From the human T2T-CHM13v2.0 reference genome, Homo sapiens, in the NCBI RefSeq assembly GCF_009914755.1, contig NC_060937.1: a DNA stretch of 64,000 nucleotides. One strand, given 5' to 3'. A program made the translations under genes and the position numbers. The notes beneath the pieces were generated by a model that made no database searches, was not told the DNA's origin, and saw only the letters and a program-made list of their open reading frames with translations. This document shows, one piece after another, positions 14,370-26,099 of the stretch; positions within the stretch are counted from its first letter, which is position 1; every line of letters begins with the position of its first letter.

Positions 14370-15764
14370 GAAATAGGTGCTTTTTAGCGCAATAATAACA
14401 GAGTGATATAAAGAAAGAGGATTAATTTAGATAATTAATTAGAATAGCTTGATATGAAAGTATTTTAGGAAAATTTTTTTTATGTAGAGTCATTCTAAAA
14501 GTGCAAATTAAAAACTCATTTACATTTGGATACATACCATACATTGTCAGTATATGTCATTTATTAGTCTGAAAATCTATTTTTTTAATAAGCAAATGGT
14601 CTGTTTTTATTTAATATCAAGTTTTTTCATTTTCTAATATTTTCAATTCTGTCAGATAAAACAGTATGTGATAATCCACACGTTTTTACTGTCATTACTG
14701 AAGCTTACTTGCTAAAAACAATTCACCACAGCTTATATAGAGTTTACAATTCAGATTGTATGCATGAAAAGAACTTACTACCTTCTCCACTCAGCTTTTC
14801 CTTTAAGAAGATTGTTAACCCAATCCTAATAAGGAAGCTGCTCTGTGCATTTACAGGGAGAAAAGGCATGAGTTTCCTTGGCAACTGGAGCCATGTGCAG
14901 TCTCTCAGAACAGCTCCTCCTACACTCAAGTTTCCTAGGTAGCAGGCTGCATATATTTTATAAAGACAATGGGATAATGGGACAGTTATTACCCTGTCCA
15001 AACTTGCATGTGAAAAGCTTCAATGGGAAAGATGCATTTGCTATAATCACTGGCAATTTGAGGGAAGATATTAATTCTATAATGAGTTTGCTTCCTCTTT
15101 CTAATTCAGGTTTAACAGTTTAATTCAAAGTCCAAAATATATTAGGTGTTTGCCAATTTTTTTTTTTTTTACAGGTGAAAATAATTACTTTCCCTTCTAC
15201 TTCACCCTCATCAGCCACTACCAAATTAGCAGCTAAAGTTAAAGGTGAGCTGTAGGTGAGCATTTCAAGGATAAATAGTGGTTAGTTCATAGTACTGCTC
15301 TGAAGCAGAAAAACTAATCCTTAATATTGCATGAATGGAAGAGACCCAACTTATCTGAAATTGACTGCAAAGGGTCACAAAATCTTAAAACATCTAAAGA
15401 AAACCTGTCTATAGATCTAGAAAATATTAGAAGATATTAGAAGCATGGATAGCCTAAAGGACATAGATAATTTTAGTAAACTAAAACATTAAAAGACAAA
15501 GTATTGATAAAATTTATTATATACAGTCAATAAACAAAGTTTTTTCTGGGCTGAGTGGTGAGATAGAGAAGTTAAGTAAATGCATTTACATTATGTAGAT
15601 TTCTCTGTTTTTCCAGCATAAGAGCATTTAAAAGACATCAAATTAAAGAGCAGCTGTGTATTATTATTAAATGTGGACAAAATCTTCTGGCAAATTAGGA
15701 TTCTTTATAAGTCAAATATTGTTTTAAAATTATTTTTGAAGGCTTTTTAAACTCTTAATTTTAT

Positions 15765-16078
15765 TTTTTATTTATTTATTTATTTTTTTTGAGACGGAGT
15801 CTCGCTCTGTCGCCCAGGCCGGACTGCGGACTGCAGTGGCGCAATCTCGGCTCACTGCAAGCTCCGCCCCACGGGTTCACGCCATTCTCCTGCCTCAGCC
15901 TCCCGAGTAGCTGGGACTACAGGCGCCTGCCACCGCGCCCGGCTAATTTTTTGTATTTTTAGTAGAGACGGGGTTTCACCTTGTTAGCCAGGATGGTCTC
16001 GATCTCCTGACCTCATGATCCACCCGCCTCGGCCTCCCAAAGTGCTGGGATTACAGGCGTGAGCCAACGCGCCCGGCC
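15765..16078 (-). mobile_element. AluYb8-type young Alu
   Basis: Diagnostic 7-bp duplication (ggccggactgcggactgcagtgg); sense-strand GGTGGATCATGAGG, CTAACAAGG and GATTGCGCC; perfect 17-bp TSD taaactcttaattttat (15748-15764, 16079-16095). Confidence 0.93.
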
Positions 16079-16753
16079 TAAACTCTTAATTTTATATAAT
16101 AGCAACTTCTATTCTCTGACATACAACTCCTATTCATTCACAAGACAATTAAGTCTAATTATCTATTGAGTTGCACAAAGAAAAATACGATTTATATGTA
16201 ATTAATCAGCTCTGGAACATTGTGAATTTTAAATTCTGTGCAACTAGAGGAGTACAGATTACATTGTTTAAACCTGTTTTGCTGAATACTTAGCAGAGCA
16301 TCTTTACAATTAGAACTTAAAGGGGAAAATATTACAAAATACTCTTTCGAATACTCTTCTTGCAAATTAAATCATAGGACATTCTACATATGACTATTTT
16401 GGAACCAAAAAATAAGACAGATTTTTCAAGAAAAAATTGGGACATTAATATTTTATATTGCTTTTCAAATACAATATTTACTTTCCTTTGTCTCCTCTGT
16501 CACACACATGTGCATGTGTATACTCACATATGCACACACACAGATACGGACATATTCTTTTTATTCAATCATTTTTATTGGATTAATTGAAATACTGTGT
16601 TTTCCCTGAATGCATCATAGACATTTTATCAGGTAACATGTGTTACATTACATAGCTATTTTTAATATACGTGTTTTACTCTACTATAAATTTAACATAA
16701 ATTACTGAAAAATTTCTCCTCTGATGGATACTTTACTTAGTTTACTTCAATTG

Positions 16754-16756
<3 letters not shown>

Positions 16757-16788
<32 letters not shown>
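16757..16788 (+). repeat. (AC)n microsatellite
   Basis: Seen directly. Confidence 0.95.
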
Positions 16789-16792
<4 letters not shown>

Positions 16793-17379
16793 TTTTTGTG
16801 TTTTGTTTTTTCTGTTTGAGTGATTCCAAGAAGTGGGAATTACAGGATTTGAGAATCTGTCATGGAAAGTGATTTTGAGATTGTAATAATGGATTATAAA
16901 TAATTTATGACAATAGCATAGACTTCTGGAATTTGGAATTGCTAGTTTTGCGCATAATAAGGTATGCCTAAAATGCTCCATCTGCAGGTTTACTTGGCTC
17001 GCTATGCAAATTTGCTAAGTTTGATTTAGGAGCATCCTTCTTTAATTATATTCTTATTTAAAGGTACCTTCTTTTTCTTCCTCAGAGTTCTAAATCAAAC
17101 TTTCTTCAACTTTCAAAAGCAAAAGTGCAAAAATAATATTAAGAATAGATATTTAGTTATTTAGTTATCTAATAAGTTTTGGCTTTAATATGTGCTAGGC
17201 ACTATTAAAGATTTACTGTGTTGTAGGATCAAATATGAATTATTAATATCAGTTAATTGAGTGTCATGTTCAAATTTTGGTTTTATTTTCAATATAATTT
17301 TATCAGGCAATTCTATTTACATTTTTGTGGGTGTGTCTAATTATTGTACAGAGCCCACCTTCTGGCTGTTTCTAAGACA

Positions 17380-17415
17380 TGTTTTGTTTTGTTTTGTTTT
17401 GTTTTGTTTTGTTTT
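17380..17415 (+). repeat. (TTTTG)n repeat
   Basis: Seen directly. Confidence 0.9.
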
Positions 17416-19530
17416 TAACCAGGGAGATGTTTCCTATTATCCTTGATAATGTGCCATGAACATATGAAAAAACATAGAAACATGAAGAAAACAAGAAGAC
17501 AAAAATCACTAACATCTGGTTGGCTGTATAGAAACAAAGCTGATTCTGGTGAGTTACAAAACTATATATTATTTATAACTAATAACTACTTGCCTTGCAG
17601 CATAGTGATTCCAAACAAAGATGTAAGTGCAATTTAGATACATCTTTTAGTATATTTGAATTTTGTCTTATGGTGAATAATATTAAATTTGAAGCCATAT
17701 TTAATGTGAACATTGTAAATACAAATTTAATTTTAATTACTTGGTTCATACATTACTACATTTAAGAAAAAGACGTGTGTAAACTGGACAAAAGACATTA
17801 ATTTAGTTTGGCAGATTGATAACTTTGCCTGATATTGCATACAGAATCTCTTACTTGAATGGATTACTTGGAGATTGCCTCTAAGTGCTCTTTCATCTCT
17901 AAAATACTCTAATACTTGTCTTGTAATATGGGTAATTTAAAAGCTTTTGTATGCTGCTGGACTTGTTCTTTTTTAATCATGTTATTAGCTCCATTAGCCA
18001 CAGATAGAACTTTTAAACCACTTGTTAACAAATCCACTGAAAAGAATTTTCTTTTTAAAAAAACAAAGGAGACGATTCCAGTGAGTGGTTTGCAAACAGG
18101 GGAGATGTTGCCTTCCTTACAAAGCGAAGGTGTGTTGGAGACAACAGAGATCGCTCTTTTTTCACAGAGAATCCCCATTCAGGTTCCCACTCTGGTCTGC
18201 TTATACAAATGAGGCATGCAAACTTGTTAATTGTTATTGACCAATGCAGCTCACAGTCTATTGGTTAGGTCCAGGAAGCAAAATGGGGTTTTAACCTGAA
18301 CAGCTACAGACAGTTATGAAAGTCCAAAAATTATAGGAGTGTCTGGGTTTTCCAGAAATGCAGAATATGTGTGTGATCCTTATAGTCAGCAACTGGGTGC
18401 TTGGCTCTATTTTGAATTTAGGCCCAGTTAGCCACTCAGGATCCATCTTGAAGAACTGGCTCTTTCAGGATTCACATCCTTTCTAGCAGAATTGTTCATC
18501 TTTATTTAAAACTGTCAAAGTAACAGTCTTTAATTAGTTAAAGTTATGGTGTATCTAATACACATCTCTAAAAAGCTTGGCTGTTTTGGAAATAGTGAAG
18601 ATTTCCTACAGAAAAGTGACAACTAAAATTTCACAAGAAAACCAATTCATTTGCAAATGGTATGGAAACATGATGAAGAAACCAACAGTGTCACAGAAAC
18701 AGTATTCATTTTCAAGCCTCACTGGGATGCACAAAATAGAACTTTTATTAATCTCTTATGAGATGATTTAAAAACGTCTGAAAATCTAAATGACTATAGA
18801 TAACTTTCAGTTTTTACATTTTAAACTATATTCACTGGATTTATAAAAATCTTCATGTAAACATAGGCTTTACCCTCACAAAAATGTGCCTCACTTTTCT
18901 CTAATATATACACTCACATACACTCCATGTCAGATACAAGGAAAAAATATTCAACTATATTTTGCTCTGCTCAACAAACACTATACTGCTTATTTTTCAA
19001 CATACTAGTAAATGACATACTATTAATAACATACTATTTACAATTACTAGTAGTAGTGTGTTAATAACATATTAACACTACTAATAATAGCATATTATCA
19101 ACAAACGATTATGTCATATGTATTGAACTTTAACTCTACAATAAAAGCCTTCTTGTTTGCCATTTGCTTAAGGAAAAATCATAGGAAAAGGTGAACTATA
19201 TCTGCTGAAAAATAATATGAAGTATCTTCTTTCTCAAACACGTAAAATAAACTATCTGATTAAGCATATGTATATTGTCTCATTATTTTTTAAAAAATTG
19301 TTATACATAGCTGTTTAAACTTTTCTCTAGTTTTGTTTTATCAAATTTTAATGTGTTGGACAAATACAGATAGATATAAGTAATATTAATATGATCGACA
19401 AACTATAATGATAAGCAACCATGAACCTACTTTCCAGTCCATGAACTAAAATATAATCAATAACTTACATTACCTATTGCTGCTGTCTTTCTCCTTATGT
19501 CCCTATGTATTTTATGTATTTTATTATGTA

Positions 19531-20819
19531 TGAGTGTTCTTCAAAACGTTTATGAAAATGTATATTATAAAAAACTTGCATGAATTTATTTTTTGCATCA
19601 AAATAAACTCCTACTAACTTGTTGTAACATGCTTAAATATCATAACTTAAGAATAACATATCAATTTGAAAAGAGCTCCTATCAGAGCAAAATGACTTGC
19701 GTTAAAACTGAAGCAAGAACAAAGATTAATTTTATAGTGAAGCTTGGGAGGAAGAAAGGTGAACTCATTGATGCTTTATGAAAAGTTTATGGAGAGAATG
19801 TCTCGCCAACATCAACATCTTACAAAGGAATACCTCATTTTAAGAAGCGATGAGACACTGTTGGAGATGAAGCTTGCAGTAGCAGACCATCCACATCAAT
19901 TTGTTGTTCATCTTGTTCATGCGCTAACTGAAGAGGACCAATGATTAACAGCACAAACAATAGCCCACGCCATAGACATCTCAATTGGTTCAACTCACAT
20001 AACTCTTAATGAAAAATTAAAGCTGAGCAAACTTTCCACTTGATAGGTGCCAAAACTGTTGTGCCCCAATCAGCGGCAGACAAGATCAGAGCTTTCAATA
20101 AAAAGTTTAAACAAGCAAGATCAAGATCCTGTAGCATTTCTTCAAAGAATTATAATAGGAGATAAAACGTGGTTTCACCAGTATGATCCTAAAGACAAAG
20201 AAACAATCAAAGCAATAGCTACCAAGAGGTGAAAGTGGTCCAGTCAAAACAAAAGCAGACTGGTCAAGAGCAAAGGTCATGGCAACAGATTTTGGGGACG
20301 CTTAAGGCATTTTTCTTGCTAACTCCCTGGAGAGCCAAAGACTAGTAACATCTGCTTATTGTGATAATGTTTTGAGAAAGTTAGCCAAAGCTTTAGCAAA
20401 AACACCCAGGAAAGAGGCAATACAGAGTCCTTCTCTACCATGACAAGTTTCCTGCACATTTCTTTCATCAAACTAGGGCAATTGTGTGAGTTTCAACAAA
20501 TTATTAGGCATCCACCTTTCCAGCCCTGATTGGGCTTCTTCTAACTTGTTTTTGTTTTCTAATCTTAAAAAAATGTTTAAAGGATACACCCATTTTTCTT
20601 CAGTTAATAATTAAAAATAATAATATAAGAAAGTTGTTAAATCAGTTGTTGTTCTGGTTAAAGTCCCAGGACCCTCAGTTCTTTAGGGATGGACTGAATG
20701 GCTGGTGTTATCTCTTACAAAAGCATCTTGAACTTGATGGAGGTTATGTTAAGAAATAAGTTTATATTTTTATTCTTATCCTTTAATTCTATTTTTAATG
20801 AAATTTTGAAGTCCCATTG
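19531..20819 (+). mobile_element. Hsmar2 mariner transposon, near full length, defective transposase
   Basis: About 1.29 kb; degenerate TIRs tgagtgttcttcaaaacgtttatg / aatgaaattttgaagtcccattg; TA on the left. ORF pieces KTEARTKINFIVKLG, VPKLL, FLQRIIIGDKTWFHQYDP. Multiple frameshifts and stops. Confidence 0.92.
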
Positions 20820-20835
20820 TGTATATATATATGTG

Positions 20836-21160
20836 TTTTTTAAAATAACAAGTTCTGGGATACATGTGCAGAACGTGCAGGTTTGTCACACAGGTATACA
20901 CGTGCCATGGTGGTTTGCTGCACCCATAAATCCATTATTTACATTAGGTATTTCTCTTAATGCTATCCCTCCCCTAGCCCCCCATCCCCCAGCAGGCCCC
21001 AGTGTGTGATGTTCCCCTCTCTGTGTCCATGTGTTCTCCTTGTTCAACTCCCACTTATGAGTGAGAACATGTGGTGTTTGGTTTTCTGTTCCTGTGTTAG
21101 TTTGCTGAGAATGATGGTTTCCAGCTTCATCCAAGTCCCTGCAAAGGACATGAACCCATC
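20836..21160 (-). mobile_element. L1PA (PA7/8-like) short 3' fragment
   Basis: aagttctgggatacatgtgcagaacgtgcagg...cccacttatgagtgagaacatg. Confidence 0.9.
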
Positions 21161-21732
21161 AATTTCTCGTTAAATTAGTGAATAAAAGATAACATATTGT
21201 AGATAGTCTTGTGGGTCTGACTGCTTACTTAATTTATGCTTCCAAATCTTAATTAATGATGCTATGCTTTCAAAATCTATTCATGTTGCTCTATGCAACT
21301 AATTTCCTTGTTGAATGATGTTTTATTGTGTTAATATACCACACTTTATGAACTTGAATTGCTTTTAGTTTTGCTTTATTGTTTTGTTTTGTATGAAAAT
21401 ATGCTATTCTACATGGTGCACATAGACAAGAGTTTGGATATAGGTCTATGAACGTCACAATTTTACTGAAATTACTGGGTAAAGGGGTATACAAATATTT
21501 AGCTTTATGAGATTGTGCTAGATTGTTTCCAAAAATGGTTACAATCAATTTACATTCTTACAAGATATAAAGGAGATCATGGTTGTATTATTTGACTTCT
21601 TAATTTTGAAAACCTAGAATGTAAAAAATTATTTCTGGCTATTTTAATTTATATTTCTCAGATTAACATTGATTTTTGGCAGCTTTTCATATGCTAATTG
21701 ACCTTACTTTCTCTTCTTTTGTCATGTGTTTG

Positions 21733-22041
21733 TATTATATTTTTTGTATTTTTTAATGATAAATAATAGTTGTACATATTTTGGGGATACGTGTGATATT
21801 TTGAAACATGTATACAATGTATAATGCTAAAATCTGGGTAAATGGGATAACCATCACCTCAAATATATATCTTCTCTTTGTGTTGGGAATATTACAATTC
21901 TCTTCTAGTTATTTTGAAATATACAATAAATTATTATTAACTATAATTTCCCTATTGTTCTGTCAAATACTAAAATGTATTCCTGCTATTTAAATGTGTT
22001 TTTGAACCCTTTAACCACCTTTCCTTCATCTCGCCCCCTAC
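21733..22041 (-). mobile_element. L1MA short 3' fragment inserted in an older L1M remnant
   Basis: L1MA 3'UTR; perfect 20-bp TSD cttcttttgtcatgtgtttg at 21713-21732 and 22042-22061. Confidence 0.85.
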
Positions 22042-24319
22042 CTTCTTTTGTCATGTGTTTGGCCTACTTTTCCACTGGACTGCTTCACATTGTGTTATCT
22101 ATTTTTAGCAACTCTTTATATTCTACATGCTAAAATTTTATTGGACATAGATATACACATATATACACTCATATTTTCTCCTAGTTTCCAGTTTATGATT
22201 TTTTTGACAACAAGATTGTAAACTTTTATTAGGTTCAAATTTTATCAACATTTAGACCATGAGTAGCAAGCCTAGTACCAACAGGTCATAAGGTTTCTTT
22301 TGTTTATTTTTTTTTTTCTGGCATAAGGCTAATCAAACTACAGGCAAATAAGGAAATTGTTGCGTTTACATGTACAAGCCAAACAGTGCATGCGTATAAA
22401 TCTTCCTGTCAGGAACCTGACACAAGGAAATGAGGAAACTATCATGCAAACACTGAATATTTGCTTTGCATTGAATGGCTTCGGGACAACTGAGAACTCC
22501 CTATACCGTAACGATTTTATAATCCAAAGCGACTGATTTATGTTCTCTAAGAAGTGCGGTGCTGCACAGGGTATTGCACTTTGAGTATTAAGCAAATCAC
22601 CTCTTTGCAGACTTATTAGAGCATAGCCTTTGTCCAAAACTTTATGTAAAAATTATACTTATTGATGAAACTACTGCCATGAATTTTACATGCTCTTAAA
22701 AATACCGTTTGGTGCAGAGTATAATTTCCCCCAAATCCCTTGAACTCTGGCTTCACTCCCCCAGTGTCACAATTTTACTGAAATTATGTCATTATAAAAA
22801 TGAACTTTGGTTTTATTCATAAAAAATTATTCAAGTGCTCAATTAACAATATATTTCAGGCTGGCACCTGGGTTAACATTTTACTTATCACAGACACACA
22901 TTCTGATTTTGAATCTCACAAGATCTGTTCTCTGAATCATACATTTTTGTGCCTTTCAACATCAAATGTCAGATTCAATATAAAAATAATTTATGTTATG
23001 TTATTAGAGCTCAAAATCTTGATTTGTCAAAAGGAGGGAAAGAGGATTTTTGAGGACAGGGATAATTCCTTATGCATTCAACACAGCTTCCAGCAAGCAT
23101 TCCTCCTGTGCTCTGTATATTGCCTCTAAGTGCCCAGAGGGCTGGGAAAAGGCTGCAGATCAACATGGTCAATGGTCTCTTCTTTAGCACAAGGACCAGT
23201 ATTGGTGGCAGCTCCTGCTTCCCTGGTACTTTGTACCCTGAGACACTGTAAGTATAGGCATGAAGAGTGGAGAGACCATGAATTGTCAGTTAATGTGACG
23301 GAACTTTCCCACCTTCAAACTTCTCTCTCTCTTTTTCTCATCTTCTCTCTCTCTTCAACATTGCTTTAGTAGAAGACTTTCTGGCACCTTACTCTCTCCT
23401 ACCCTGATTTAAGCTCTGTGTAGAGGTGCCTCAGGTATTGGGAAATATGATCAAATATTAGATGATTTACAGGGATGAAGTGGTTTATTGTGTGAGCTTA
23501 TAAAAAAAGAATGGAAATATTTAAGTAGACTTCAAATCCACACATGGCATATGATAGTAAATTGAAGACCCTCACACACAAAATCTCATATGTATCTTTC
23601 TGCCTAATTTTCAAATCCAATCAGTTTTCATATTTGCTGACTATATTGTATCATTATTGTTCATTTTTACTTCTGCTTTCTATTTTTACTGACAACAGCC
23701 TACACCAAGTTATATTTACTTCTTGCTTAGGCTTTACTAATTATATCTTATCTGGCCTTCCAACTTCCACTTTTCTTCTCTAATCCAACCTACAATCTAA
23801 TGCCAAGCTAGTTTTCTCCAGCTCTAATCATGTCATTTACCTATGTTTAAAACCTTCAAATGCAACTTCATATTTTGTCAATAATGCCCTAACATTTCAT
23901 TCTCATGGTAATGAGATTGAAAGGAAGATGATTTCTCTGCTGAATGACAATGTTGAGAGTGCTCCAAAAATGTAAACTAGAGAATTGAGCATCTGAGGTA
24001 ATTGTCTTGCTCTTATTTTTATGCTGTTAAAATAATTCATTATTTATATTCTTATAAATCAAAGAATGTGTACTGTTAGTGTGCATAAAATTATTTTAAG
24101 AACTGGATAATAGAAAGCATTGGACAATATATCATCTATACTAAAATAAATATTAAAAATCATAAAGTTTATTCATGGTCCCTACGTTTGTGAGTTGCTG
24201 CAGAAGCCAAGTAGCCTGTGTGATTTTGCTTGAAAGTACATCATTCTGCGCTAGAAGATGATTTGAAGGTACTACTAACTACAACCATTTTACTAAAGAC
24301 TTAAAAATGCGTGCCTTCT

Positions 24320-24709
<390 letters not shown>

Positions 24710-24874
24710 TCATTATATGTACACATTTAGGACAAAAAAACCTCATTATCAAATATGAAGTTTGTGCCCAATTTTAGAAAATGTGCATACATAATAACAC
24801 TTTGTAGATATATGTCATGTTCGAATTTTTTTTACTAAAAATGAGTCACTTGTATTTATTAGCACAATATTCTT

Positions 24875-25995
24875 TTAAAAAATTAAATTTAATTTCATTT
24901 TAAGTTCTGGGATACATGTGAAGTACGTGCACATTTGTTACATAGGTAAATGTGTGCCATGGTGGTTTGTGGCACCTATCAACCCAACCTAGGTATTAAT
25001 CCCCATATGCAATAGCCATTTATCCTGATACTCTCTCTCCCCACCAACCCCCATGACAGGCCCCAGGGTGTATCATTCCCGTCGCTGTGTCCATGTGTTC
25101 TCATTATTCAGCTCCCACTTATAAGTGAGAACATGCGGTATTTGCTTTTCTGTTCCAGAAAACTATACATTAGTTTGCTAAGTATAATGGCCTCCAGCTC
25201 CATCCACGTCCTTGCAAAGGACATAATCTCATTCCATTTTATGGCTGCAAAGTATTCCATGGTGTATATGGACCACGTTTTCTTTATCCAGTCTATCATT
25301 AATGGGCATTTGGGTTGATTCCATATCTTTGCTATTATGAATAGTGCTGCAATCAACATACACGAATGGGCATGCATGTTTATAATAGAACAATATATCT
25401 TTCTTTGGTTCTGTACACAGAAATGGGATTGCTGGGTCAAATGGTATTTCTTATTCTACCATCTTTGAGAAATCGCCACACTGTCTTCCACAATGGTGGA
25501 ACTAATTTACTTTCCCACCAACAATTAGTGCCTCAATTTCAGAACTTGTTATTGGTCTATTCAGGGATTTGACTTCTTCCTGGTTCAGTCTTGGGAGGCT
25601 ATATGTGTCCAGGAATTTGTCCATTTCTTCTAGATTTTCTAGTTTATTTGCATAGAGGTGTTTATAGTACTCTCGGATGGTTGTTTGTATTTCTGTGGGG
25701 TCAGCGGTGATATCCCCTTTATCATTTTTTTACTGTGTCTATTTAATTCTTCTCTTTCTTCTTCTGTATTAGTCTAGCTAGTAGTCTACCTACTTTATTA
25801 TATTTTTCAAAAACCTGCTCCTGGATTCATTTATCTTTTTTGAGGGGATTTTCATGTCTCCATCTCCTTCAGTTCTACTCCGATCTTGGTTATTTCTTCT
25901 CTTCTGCTAATTTTAGGATGTGTATCTCTTGGTTCTCTAGTTCTTTTAGTTGTGATGTTAGGGTGTCCATTTGAGATCTCTCTAGCTTTTTGATG
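24875..25995 (-). mobile_element. L1PA (older primate) 5'-truncated and internally deleted
   Basis: 3'UTR and ORF2 end joined at 25523/25524 to mid-ORF2 sequence; perfect 15-bp TSD tagcacaatattctt (24860-24874, 25996-26010). Confidence 0.88.
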
Positions 25996-26099
25996 TAGCA
26001 CAATATTCTTAATATATTTGCTTTTTGAGGTAGAAATGACTTTTTCTTGGTCAGATATGTGTGATAATAGTCTAAATCCATTTTTTAATCTTATCATTT

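Noticed and set aside
17909-18212. 89-aa and 98-aa ORFs in unique sequence
   Set aside because: No recognisable homology or convincing splice structure; length compatible with chance
19593-20232. Transposase ORFs as an active or domesticated gene
   Set aside because: Fragmented across frames with stops and a damaged catalytic motif
22338-22637. 99-aa minus-strand ORF
   Set aside because: Non-ATG start and no recognisable domain; a regulatory role is more plausible
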